DNA of 64,000 nucleotides from Bacteroidota bacterium (GTDB lineage: Bacteria > Bacteroidota > Bacteroidia > J057). Position 1 is the first letter of the stretch. Every line of letters starts with the position of its first letter. Positions 53,443 to 61,991 of the stretch are shown piece after piece. The notes below the pieces were generated by a model. It saw only the letters and a program-made list of their open reading frames with translations. It ran no database searches and was not told where the DNA came from. A program made the position numbers and the translations under genes. The stretch spans positions 23,469-87,468 of the forward strand of contig JBCCQN010000005.1 in the NCBI GenBank assembly GCA_039024315.1. The letters are read 5' to 3'.

Positions 53443-54696
53443 ATGCTTATGATCGAGCAACTCGTCGCCCAGATAAACGCTAATCTCAATTGGGGAACAG
53501 TAGACAGCTGGACTAATAAAGATTTTAATCGCTTGAGTGAGCAGATCTGGGAAAAGACCCAAAAGCGCCTTAGTGTTTCCACCCTTAAAAGGGTTTGGGG
53601 TCGGGCCGAAAGAATATCTCAGCCCAGTCAAACAACCTTGGACATTTTGGCGGAGTTTGCAGGCTATAAAAGCTGGCGCGACTTCAAGCAGCAAGCAGAA
53701 CCAATGCATGGCGAGCAGCCCAAAGTAGGGCTTCTTTCTAGTGGATTTTCTCGCTTCATGATCTTAGGACTATTAGTGATTGGGCTAGGTATTGCGTTTA
53801 TCTTCTGGAATCAGCAGCAGACTGTAGCCCCCAATCCAAGTTCTGTCTCTAAATCTGATGGATTCTTCTTCAAAAAGACGATCGTCGCAGACGAGATTCC
53901 TAATTCAGTGGTATTTGCTTATGATGCTTCTATGGCGGCCCCAGATGCCTTAATTGAGATTCAACAAGACTGGGACATGCGCAAGCGCATTCCACTCTCT
54001 CGGGAAGATAGCATTGCCACTTGTATTTATTATCGTCCAGGCCACTTTAAGGCGAAGCTGGTAGTGGATAGTCAAATTGTGGCTGAGGATGACGTACTGA
54101 TCCCTACCGAAAACTGGCTTGGTGTAGTCGAACAGGATCCGGTACCAATATACCTCCCCAATGAGCTTGTCAATCAAGGAGCAGAGATTGCAATAAACCG
54201 TAAAGCCCTACAGCCATATGATATAGATCCCATGCAGGAGGACCTTATCACCTGTTTGTACAAGGTTTCGGATTTTGGAGCTATCGACTCGGATGACTTC
54301 AGCTTTAATATGGAGATAAGGCACACTCTTGAGAAGGCCCGCCGTCGCTGTAAAGGGGTGCAGCTCTACTTGATTTTTGATGGCAGCGCTATCAGTATTC
54401 CCTTAGCTAATAAAGGTTGTGTAGCCAATCTAGATGTAATGACTTTTGAGGAGTTTGTAAGTGGCAAAACAACTGATCTCTCCGCCTTTGGCGTGGATAT
54501 GGATGTTTGGCAAAAGGTCCAGATGAAGTCTCAAAATGGAAAGCTTGAGATTTTCCTCAATGAGCAAAGCGTCTATCAGATGTCTGTTCCCTCTCCAGCA
54601 CTGAGGATAAAGGGCATTTCAGTCTATTTTGCCGGAACTGGGAAAATACGAGAGGTGAGCTTCAGCAATTCCGCGGGAATAGAGATTGATTTGTAG
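53443..54696 (+). CDS. Hypothetical single-pass membrane protein with a cytoplasmic helical (HTH-like) N-terminus
   Basis: 417 aa. The N-terminus reads ..LSEQIWEKTQKRLSVSTLKRVWGR..TLDILAEFAGYKSWRDF, followed by the TM segment FMILGLLVIGLGIAFIFW. Confidence 0.55.
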   Translation: MLMIEQLVAQINANLNWGTVDSWTNKDFNRLSEQIWEKTQKRLSVSTLKRVWGRAERISQPSQTTLDILAEFAGYKSWRDFKQQAEPMHGEQPKVGLLSSGFSRFMILGLLVIGLGIAFIFWNQQQTVAPNPSSVSKSDGFFFKKTIVADEIPNSVVFAYDASMAAPDALIEIQQDWDMRKRIPLSREDSIATCIYYRPGHFKAKLVVDSQIVAEDDVLIPTENWLGVVEQDPVPIYLPNELVNQGAEIAINRKALQPYDIDPMQEDLITCLYKVSDFGAIDSDDFSFNMEIRHTLEKARRRCKGVQLYLIFDGSAISIPLANKGCVANLDVMTFEEFVSGKTTDLSAFGVDMDVWQKVQMKSQNGKLEIFLNEQSVYQMSVPSPALRIKGISVYFAGTGKIREVSFSNSAGIEIDL

Positions 54697-54736
54697 ATGT
54701 GAACTAGCAGCCTTGAAATTTATCCCTAGCTATTTC

Positions 54737-55108
54737 CTATTCGCCACGATTAAAGATAAATAAAGCGGCAAAGGCTAAAAACAAAACTGCGTGGGCTATG
54801 ACCACGGGGATGGGGCTCAAGCCTTCGAGGACGTTGAGCGTCTGAGCGATTGTCAAGCCGAGGTGGAAGACTGCGAGGGTACCAAAGCCAACAATTTTGA
54901 TCTCTCGAGTAAGCTTTGCACGCATCATGAGCCCGCTCAAAGCGGCCATTGCAAGGGCCGCGAAGGCAAAGGAACGCCCAATGGAAAGGGTTAGCTCCCA
55001 CGAATCCAAACTACCACTAGGCTCCCCTAATAGTAAGCGAGGGGCAAACAAAAGGATCAGTCCTACGACTAATTCAAAAAGCGTGTTGATGGCAAGCAGG
55101 ATTTTCAT
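54737..55108 (-). CDS. Small integral membrane protein
   Basis: I chose the ATG at 55108 (MKILLAINTLFELVVGLILLF..). The longer track ORF (to 55249) would overlap the rpmH start region. It has four hydrophobic segments. Confidence 0.5.
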   Translation of the reverse strand: MKILLAINTLFELVVGLILLFAPRLLLGEPSGSLDSWELTLSIGRSFAFAALAMAALSGLMMRAKLTREIKIVGFGTLAVFHLGLTIAQTLNVLEGLSPIPVVIAHAVLFLAFAALFIFNRGE

Positions 55109-55201
55109 GTGCAATAAGATAAGGAGATTCCCCAAAAATACCGACAAATCCTTGGGGTGAGGAGAAATTATTCCTATCTTTGTGGCCCTGAATTTAGAAT
55201 T

Positions 55202-55363
55202 ATGAAGCGTACATATCAACCCAGCAATCGCAAACGTCGTAACAAGCATGGTTTCCGCGCCCGCATGGAAAGCGCTAATGGTCGCAAGGTATTAGCCTCT
55301 CGTCGTGCCAAAGGACGCGCTAGACTGACTGTAAGCGACGAAGGCAGACACAAGCAGAAATAA
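55202..55363 (+). CDS. rpmH: 50S ribosomal protein L34
   Basis: [44 protein letters not shown] is the canonical L34 sequence. The start lies internal to track ORF 55157-55363. Confidence 0.95.
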   Translation: MKRTYQPSNRKRRNKHGFRARMESANGRKVLASRRAKGRARLTVSDEGRHKQK

Positions 55364-55369
55364 TCACTG

Positions 55370-55783
55370 ATGACGCCGGCAGGAACTTCTCGTTCCTATC
55401 GTTTGCCTAAGCATACGATACTGCGTCATAAACGTGGATTCGAATATCTGTTTGAGCATGGCTCCTCTTTTAGAGTAGGTGTGCTCAAATTTTTTTATGC
55501 CCATAATATACCGGAGCAATATGTCCAAGCTCCGATCACGGTAGCATTTACCGCTCCCAAGCGAGTCTTTAAACGAGCCTGGCAACGCAATCGCCTCAAG
55601 CGCAGAATGCGCGAAGCTTATCGTTTACAACAAGCTTTATTGGTGATCGAGCCCGCTGCCGAAGCACAAAGCCTTCCCCTTGCCTTCCTCATTAAGTTTC
55701 AAGGATACTATGAAGCAGACTACCAGCGCATAGAAAAAGATATGCGACGTGGCCTCCTTGAACTAAAAAAGCGCTCCCGTTAA
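55370..55783 (+). CDS. rnpA: Ribonuclease P protein component
   Basis: The 137-aa basic protein lies immediately downstream of rpmH, the conserved rpmH-rnpA pair. It has the RNR-like motif KRAWQRNRLKRRMRE. Confidence 0.8.
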   Translation: MTPAGTSRSYRLPKHTILRHKRGFEYLFEHGSSFRVGVLKFFYAHNIPEQYVQAPITVAFTAPKRVFKRAWQRNRLKRRMREAYRLQQALLVIEPAAEAQSLPLAFLIKFQGYYEADYQRIEKDMRRGLLELKKRSR

Positions 55784-55823
55784 TTAACAGAAGCGCTTTT
55801 GCTTTATGAATAATAATTGTTGC

Positions 55824-57452
55824 CTAGTTTGTAACGGCTTCTTCTCGCCATTCATCAATGCCGAAGGCCACTTCAATAGCTTCCGCCTCATTGAGTGCTT
55901 GATCTTTGGTCGCAGCACCGCTTTCGAAGGCTTCCACTACCTTATCTGAACTTACGCCAATCTGCTTGAGGAAAGGAGTGGCATATAGCCCCATCCAAAA
56001 CATCAAGATGATCAAAGGCATCATCACTGCTACCTCCCGACCATTTAGATCGATCAATTGACGGTTTTCTTCTTTATCTAGTTCGCCAAACATTACGCGG
56101 CGGAACATCCATAATAAATATACAGCTGCAATTACCACACCAGTCGCGGCTAGTACGGCAAAAATTCCTCCGATGTAGCTCGACTTAAATGAGCCCATCA
56201 ATACCAAGAACTCACCTACGAAGCCATTAAGACCTGGAAGCCCTACAGAAGCCATCATGGTGATCATAAAGAGGAAGGTGAACTTAGGCATCACTTTCGC
56301 TACCCCTTGGAAGTCTTTGATGGCACGGGTATGACGACGATCGTAAATCATCCCTACCAAAAGGAAGAGACCACCTGTTGCGATACCGTGATTGACCATT
56401 TGCATGATCGCGCCGCTTAGTCCTTCTTCTGTAAAGGCAAAGATGCCGAGTACGATAAAGCCAAGGTGAGATACCGAAGAATAGGCAACCAGCTTCTTGA
56501 CATCGGTCTGCACCATTGCAGCCATCGCGCCATAAATAATACCAATAACGGCCATGGCAGCCATAAAAGGAGCCGCATCTAAAGATGCTTGAGGGAATAG
56601 GATCAAACAGTAGCGAATCAACCCATAAGTACCCATTTTCAATAGCACACCTGCAAGGATGACAGAGCCGGCAGTTGGTGCTTGGGTGTGAGCATCTGGC
56701 AGCCAAGTATGCACCGGGAATAGGGGAACCTTAACGGCAAAGCTCAAGGCGAAAGCCGCAAAAAGCCAATATTCTTCCGTTAGACTTAGGCTAGAGTATT
56801 GACGAATGAGTTCATAATCTGTAGTAAAGCTAATTCCGGCTAACTCTGGAGCGTCTGCTACATTGAGTCCTAGGTAAATAATACCAATCAACATGAGAAG
56901 CGAGCCTACGAGCGTGTAGAGGAAGAACTTTACCGAAGCATATACTCTATCTTTGCCACCCCAAATCCCGATCAAGAAGTACATCGGAATCAATACCATC
57001 TCGAAGAATACGTAGAAGAGCAACATATCCAAAGAGAGGAAGAAACCAATAACCCCTACTTCTAGCAGTAGCAATAGCGCATAATAAGCAGGCTCCTGTT
57101 TAGTAATCGATCCCCAAGAGAAATAAATGGTCAGAGGAAACAAAAGAGTGGTCAACATGACTAAATAGACAGAAATACCGTCCATCCCCATGGTGAAGTT
57201 GATATCTAGCCCTCCATAATTCACCCAATCATGCTGAAAGAAGAAGGGAAACTCTCCGCTACCCTCAGCACCAACCACTCCGGTGTATTGAAAATACAAC
57301 CAAATACTCACCACAAAAGAGACCATAGAAGTCCAAAGGGCGAGCTGCCGGGCCATTCCTGGATTTTCGCCTCGCGAAAGCGCCGGAATGAGGATTGCTC
57401 CCACTAGAGGGGAGAAAACCATCAAAAGAAATAAAATTTCCGTTAGGTCCAC
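55824..57452 (-). CDS. nuoM: NADH-quinone oxidoreductase subunit M-like proton-pumping antiporter-type subunit
   Basis: The 542-aa polytopic membrane protein carries FTMGMDGISVYLVMLTTLLFPLTIYFSW and VHTWLPDAHTQAPTAGSVILAGVLLKMG, which are typical of the NuoM/NdhD family. Confidence 0.8.
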   Translation of the reverse strand: MDLTEILFLLMVFSPLVGAILIPALSRGENPGMARQLALWTSMVSFVVSIWLYFQYTGVVGAEGSGEFPFFFQHDWVNYGGLDINFTMGMDGISVYLVMLTTLLFPLTIYFSWGSITKQEPAYYALLLLLEVGVIGFFLSLDMLLFYVFFEMVLIPMYFLIGIWGGKDRVYASVKFFLYTLVGSLLMLIGIIYLGLNVADAPELAGISFTTDYELIRQYSSLSLTEEYWLFAAFALSFAVKVPLFPVHTWLPDAHTQAPTAGSVILAGVLLKMGTYGLIRYCLILFPQASLDAAPFMAAMAVIGIIYGAMAAMVQTDVKKLVAYSSVSHLGFIVLGIFAFTEEGLSGAIMQMVNHGIATGGLFLLVGMIYDRRHTRAIKDFQGVAKVMPKFTFLFMITMMASVGLPGLNGFVGEFLVLMGSFKSSYIGGIFAVLAATGVVIAAVYLLWMFRRVMFGELDKEENRQLIDLNGREVAVMMPLIILMFWMGLYATPFLKQIGVSSDKVVEAFESGAATKDQALNEAEAIEVAFGIDEWREEAVTN

Positions 57453-57512
57453 GGTGGTATTCTTATATCGTAAAAAGGTCTAGAAATTAACGGCTCGAAG
57501 ATAGATACTTTT

Positions 57513-58928
57513 TCAATCCTTCACAAATGAAAGCACGGCCTTGACATAAGCGTTGGCCACACTTTTAAGCCTGCTAGAGGTGTTTATTCCCTCGATTTGT
57601 AGATCTCGCCTATTGAGGGCAAGGCTCTCTTCTCGGTGATCTTGATTGAGGCTTTCACCATAGCAAAGTGGCCCAGCAATTAGGCGAGTAAGCGAGAGGT
57701 TACGAGCATAAACACCGGGTTTATCGGTCAAAATGGAAGCACGGTGGAGATAGGAGAGTGGGTAGGCAGAACTTACGATATGAACGCCTGTCTCCGCGAC
57801 AGACGCTTTGACAAATGCATCACATAAACGAATGGACTCTGCCACATCATCGGATATAATCTGACGTAGGAAAGCAACTCGATCTTCAAGCTTCGCCAGC
57901 TCCCCATTCATAAAGCTGCCTGGAGTAAAGGCCATTAAATAATTTTGGTCCGTAGGCCTGAAGTAGCCCTCATCATCGCGCAGCTCCCAATTAGGTGAAT
58001 CCACATTGTAATGAATGATCAAAGTCAGGTGCGGCTGAAATTCATTGATCATCTTGGCCCGAGCGCGCAGATCCATAGGGGTGTAAAAACGCTTCATGAT
58101 GTCCTTTTCCTCAGCCGTTTTTCGCCACCAACGGGCTCTTTTCCAACTGATTTCACCCGTCTTACGCAGTCTTTTGATACTATCTTCAAGAGCCGTACTA
58201 CCTCGCCAAGCTTCCCAAGTCAAACCCGTTACCCCTACTCCAGGCTGGGTTCGAGTCATCAATACCGTAGCTCCCATAGCCTCTAACTGCTGACGGATCA
58301 AATGAGCCGTAGCCAGCGTCAGATTAGCCTCATGAAACTGGATAGCGGGGCGACCTTGCTGAGCATTGGCGTACATCTTCATGTATTTTCCTTCTATCTC
58401 CGCCACTTCTGCGGTCGCCGCCATGTGCCCGGGATCAATGGCAACCTTAAGGCCTGAAAGGGGGGCGATTTTGCCTTCTTTATAGTAAAAGCGGGCGGGC
58501 AAGGGCAGTTTTTTGAAGCGGTCTGGCCATGCCGAACGCTTTTTCTCTCGGCAAAAGGCCACCATACTATCAAGGGGAAAATGCCGGAACATCTTCATGG
58601 TAGTAGCAAACTCGTCAGGAAAAATGACAAACTCAGCCTCTAGAGGGCTGTTTGCTTTAGGATCAGCAAAAAAGTAAATGCCTGTCTCATCGATTTTAAA
58701 GTAATCGAAGAGGCTGCTATCTCTCACCAGATACTGAGTGGAGGGCTGCACTAAATCCTTTAAAGAAGCTCGATCTTCATTGGGGAGTTGGAAGGTATTT
58801 TCTTCCACTACGACTGGCGTATCCTTAGTAGAATTGCGGGGAGAAGGCTTAGGTTTACAGGCACTAGCGCCACCAAAAATCACGAAAATTACAAGCCAAA
58901 GCGGCCATTTTTGCTGCCAATATTTCAT
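57513..58928 (-). CDS. Lipoprotein with divergent N-acetylmuramoyl-L-alanine amidase (Amidase_3-like) features
   Basis: The lipobox is FGGASAC. VAIDPGHMAA.., ANLTLATAHLIRQQLEAMGATVLMTR and RARAKMINEFQPHLTLIIHYN follow the Amidase_3 pattern (DPGHG.., ..TR, R...AN....SIHxN). The motifs are degenerate. I chose the start at 58928. Confidence 0.45.
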   Translation of the reverse strand: MKYWQQKWPLWLVIFVIFGGASACKPKPSPRNSTKDTPVVVEENTFQLPNEDRASLKDLVQPSTQYLVRDSSLFDYFKIDETGIYFFADPKANSPLEAEFVIFPDEFATTMKMFRHFPLDSMVAFCREKKRSAWPDRFKKLPLPARFYYKEGKIAPLSGLKVAIDPGHMAATAEVAEIEGKYMKMYANAQQGRPAIQFHEANLTLATAHLIRQQLEAMGATVLMTRTQPGVGVTGLTWEAWRGSTALEDSIKRLRKTGEISWKRARWWRKTAEEKDIMKRFYTPMDLRARAKMINEFQPHLTLIIHYNVDSPNWELRDDEGYFRPTDQNYLMAFTPGSFMNGELAKLEDRVAFLRQIISDDVAESIRLCDAFVKASVAETGVHIVSSAYPLSYLHRASILTDKPGVYARNLSLTRLIAGPLCYGESLNQDHREESLALNRRDLQIEGINTSSRLKSVANAYVKAVLSFVKD

Positions 58929-59030
58929 CAGCTGCAATATACACATCTTATGATTCTCGTCTAGACCTAGGACGCTAGCACCTAGTGATTTTCAGGCTCT
59001 TTTCATTTCCCACCACTTCGTGGAACGATA

Positions 59031-59190
59031 AAAGCGTTCTGCGAAGCAGGCTGAGAATTGTTGATTTGTTGAATGGTTGAATTTTTGAATAGCCGAATGA
59101 GCATCCTATTAACTCCCCCTCAACCCTTCAACCCTTCAACCCTTCAACACTTCAACACTTCAACCATTAAATAAGCGTTCTGCGAAGCAG
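59031..59190 (+). repeat. Composite repeat: two direct copies of the family 1 18-mer flanking an 8-bp microsatellite
   Basis: aagcgttctgcgaagcag occurs at 59031-59048 and 59173-59190. Between them are caaccctt x3, caacactt x2 and caaccatt x1 (59121-59168), with the inverted partner aatggttg at 59071-59078. Confidence 0.7.
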
Positions 59191-59262
59191 TGAAAAAAAC
59201 CGGACGCGAATCAATGCTCACAGCCCGGTAAGAGATTAGGGATTAAAATCGATTGGTACCCT

Positions 59263-59739
59263 CTATCTTTTTCTTAGTATGATGGTTTCAGTGCCACTGA
59301 CTTCTGGCTCACGGATATCTAAATAGAGCGTCATTTCCTGATTACGTTTGATCTCCGCCTCATCTTCTTGAATCGTATATACCTGTATCCAAGACTTGAG
59401 GGGACTGATACCATAGAGGAAGAATCTTTTTTCGTCAAGATCTAGAAACCAAGTCATATCATTGGCGATAACTGCTTTAAGGCGCATATAACGTAGGCCG
59501 AGAATCTTGCTATCAGCAGTAGGATCGCTATAGTTTAAAGGATTGAAATTACTTTCCTCTTCCTCAGCGCTAAGGGTGAGGGTACCGAGATCCTCATAAA
59601 TGGTATCTGCTTGGATTACTTTGACAATCTCCCACTCTCCTTCATAGTAGGAGTGAGGATTTACTCTGGTTTTGTAACATGATACTAGACAAAGAGAAAG
59701 CAATAAAGCAAGGAGGGGAAAATATCGTGGATGAGCCAT
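59263..59739 (-). CDS. Hypothetical lipoprotein
   Basis: 158 aa with the lipobox LSLCLVSC. It lies 4 nt downstream of the barrel protein gene. Confidence 0.55.
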   Translation of the reverse strand: MAHPRYFPLLALLLSLCLVSCYKTRVNPHSYYEGEWEIVKVIQADTIYEDLGTLTLSAEEEESNFNPLNYSDPTADSKILGLRYMRLKAVIANDMTWFLDLDEKRFFLYGISPLKSWIQVYTIQEDEAEIKRNQEMTLYLDIREPEVSGTETIILRKR

Positions 59740-59743
59740 GGTT

Positions 59744-60622
59744 TTAAAATTCTGAGGTGAGACTAAAAGTGATACCGAAGCTGAAGCGCCATTCGCTCAG
59801 CTCTCCATTGACTAATCCCTCCGCAATAGCGCTATTGCCAGGGTCGGGAATCACGGCAGCATTTTGAGACAAAAAGGTGGGAAAAGTATGATTGTTGTAA
59901 TAGGGCGAGTCTCCTCCTAAGCCTAGTTCATCTTGGATACCAATGGTGCCTTTGTATTGTTGATCTTCGGGCAACCAAAAATCTCCCTGCAAACCTATCT
60001 TCTCTGCTTGAAAAGTGAAGAATACATATTTGTACCCAATAGAGGCTTTGAATCCATATCCCAAGTCCAGCTGATCCACATCGAAAATACCATTATAGCT
60101 GCTTTCCATGCCATAGCTCTCCATACCGTTGGGATAGATCATCTTGGAGCGCACTTGCCCTTTATTGGTGTTCATTGATAAGAAAGCACCGATCCGAATC
60201 AGATCAGTAGGCAGGGTTAAACCCACTCTTAAATATTGTTGCCGAGCGTTAAAATCGATATGGCGCGTACGTCCATCATTAAAATCCGCGACCATGGTTT
60301 GTCTCAAGGGCGCAAAGCCATATTCCATATCAAGATAGTAAAGAAAAAGACCAAAGCTCCAATACGAGCTATTGTCAAAATTGATATTGGGTAAAGGGCT
60401 AGCCAAGAGACTAGCAAAGCGACTGTTGTAGGTATTGATAAACCTATCTAGGCTTTCATTTGTCAAGCTACGGTTGCGCATTTGCCCGACAGAAACGTAA
60501 ACACCAGAGCGGTTGAAGGCATCTGGTACTTGGGCCAAAGCGGAAGTGAGCCCTAGCCAAGCGAGCAAGCCAGACAGGGCGATTTTGCGCCATGTCGGTA
60601 ATGGGAAATAATCTTTAATCAT
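59744..60622 (-). CDS. Hypothetical outer-membrane beta-barrel protein
   Basis: 292 aa with a signal peptide (..GLTSALAQ), alternating hydrophobic strands and a C-terminal aromatic residue (..SLTSEF). Confidence 0.55.
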   Translation of the reverse strand: MIKDYFPLPTWRKIALSGLLAWLGLTSALAQVPDAFNRSGVYVSVGQMRNRSLTNESLDRFINTYNSRFASLLASPLPNINFDNSSYWSFGLFLYYLDMEYGFAPLRQTMVADFNDGRTRHIDFNARQQYLRVGLTLPTDLIRIGAFLSMNTNKGQVRSKMIYPNGMESYGMESSYNGIFDVDQLDLGYGFKASIGYKYVFFTFQAEKIGLQGDFWLPEDQQYKGTIGIQDELGLGGDSPYYNNHTFPTFLSQNAAVIPDPGNSAIAEGLVNGELSEWRFSFGITFSLTSEF

Positions 60623-60719
60623 GAGCCTTTTGATTTAGACTCAATTTCAAGATTTGCACCATATACAGCATTACCCAAAATTGGGGAAGTCTTTACCGAA
60701 AATGGGGAAATGAAAGCCT

Positions 60720-61991
60720 TTAGGCTTTAGTGCCCAATACCGCAATACGGGAAGAATAGAGGTTGATCAATACAAAGATCAAAACCGTAAAGCTCAGGAG
60801 TGAAGAACCTCCATAACTAAAGAACGGTAAGGGAATCCCAATCACTGGGACCAAGCCTATCGTCATACCGATATTGATCACCACGTGAAAAAAGAGCAGG
60901 CTCACGACACTATAGCCATAAATACGGGCAAAGCGAGTCTTAGAGTTCTCGGAGAGAAACTGCAAACGCCAGATCAATAAAAAGAAACAGAGCAGCACCA
61001 CTACGGAGCCAAGCCAGCCATATTCCTCGCCCACGGCACAATAAATAAAATCAGTCTCTTGCTTTGGGACAAACTGATATTTGGTATAGTTTCCTTGCAG
61101 ATAACCTTTACCAACGATACCACCGGAGCCGATCGCGATCTTAGATTGGATCACATTATACCCAGCACCTTGGGGGTCTATACTAGGGTCAAATAGGACT
61201 TTGAGACGGATCTGCTGGTGGGGTTGCAAAAAGCCCATCAATTGGTTAGTACCAAAAGACACCAAGCTAAAAAAGCTACAAATCATCCCAATCAAGATGG
61301 CATTACGCACCCAACGGCGTGCGTTGAAGGTCAAACCAAAAATCACCAACCCTAGCAGCATAATGCCCACAATGATCCAAACCGAGCCTTCGAGATAGAG
61401 AGAGAGTAAAGCTACTCCTCCCAACAACAATAATACGATAGGCACAAGCGGGTGAAGTCCTTCCCTAAATAAAACGATGAGAAAGCTGCCAAAAACAAGT
61501 GCCGAACCGGTATCATTTTGAAAGATGACAATCAAGGCCGGTAAAAGGATCATACCTAATACGGCCATCAAGTCCTGCCCATTGCTCATACTGAAATTGA
61601 GCCGAGACATATACTTAGCCAAAGCTAAGGCTGTGGCGAGTTTGGCAAATTCTGATGGCTGGAATTGCTGCCCTCCTATAATCAGCCAGCTCTTGGCCCC
61701 ATTGACCTCCTTACCAATAAACAATACCAGTATCAAAGTAAGGATGGCCGCTCCATAGGCCAGATAGGCTGTAGAATACAGGAACCGATGATCAAGCAGT
61801 AACACTAGCATTGCAACCCCCAAAGAGACGCCCATCCAGACAAGCTGCTTACCGTGTAAAACGCCAAAGTTGAAGATGTCCGTACCAAAATTAGCCGAAG
61901 AAACCGCATAGATCGTCATCCAGCCCAGCAGTACAAGTCCAATGTACAGCAGGATGGTAATAAGATCGAAGTCGAAGTTTTTGCGATTCAT
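60720..61991 (-). CDS. rodA: Rod shape-determining SEDS-family peptidoglycan polymerase RodA
   Basis: The 423-aa polytopic protein of the FtsW/RodA/SpoVE family carries QPSEFAKL, GSALVF, and the conserved ..ETDFIYCAVGEEYGWLG.. and PLPFFSYGGSS. It lies directly downstream of PBP2. Confidence 0.9.
   Translation of the reverse strand: MNRKNFDFDLITILLYIGLVLLGWMTIYAVSSANFGTDIFNFGVLHGKQLVWMGVSLGVAMLVLLLDHRFLYSTAYLAYGAAILTLILVLFIGKEVNGAKSWLIIGGQQFQPSEFAKLATALALAKYMSRLNFSMSNGQDLMAVLGMILLPALIVIFQNDTGSALVFGSFLIVLFREGLHPLVPIVLLLLGGVALLSLYLEGSVWIIVGIMLLGLVIFGLTFNARRWVRNAILIGMICSFFSLVSFGTNQLMGFLQPHQQIRLKVLFDPSIDPQGAGYNVIQSKIAIGSGGIVGKGYLQGNYTKYQFVPKQETDFIYCAVGEEYGWLGSVVVLLCFFLLIWRLQFLSENSKTRFARIYGYSVVSLLFFHVVINIGMTIGLVPVIGIPLPFFSYGGSSLLSFTVLIFVLINLYSSRIAVLGTKA

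Noticed and set aside
54750-55160. Several 67-87-aa ORFs on both strands overlapping the small membrane-protein gene
   Set aside because: They are Arg/Pro/Ser-rich alternative frames of a GC-richer segment. Only the frame starting at 55108 gives consistent hydrophobic helices without colliding with rpmH.
55157-55201. N-terminal extension of L34 ([15 protein letters not shown]) given by the track ORF
   Set aside because: L34 universally starts MKRT(Y/F)QP. The upstream codons are not conserved-looking and would overlap the divergent gene's promoter region.
56284-56706. 140-aa minus-strand ORF inside nuoM
   Set aside because: It is an alternative frame of the same strand within a clearly conserved membrane-protein gene. 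The sequence is Arg/Cys/Gly-rich and nonsensical.
59121-59168. CRISPR array
   Set aside because: The repeats are contiguous 8-mers without spacers. No 25-40-nt repeat/spacer periodicity and no cas genes occur anywhere in the window.
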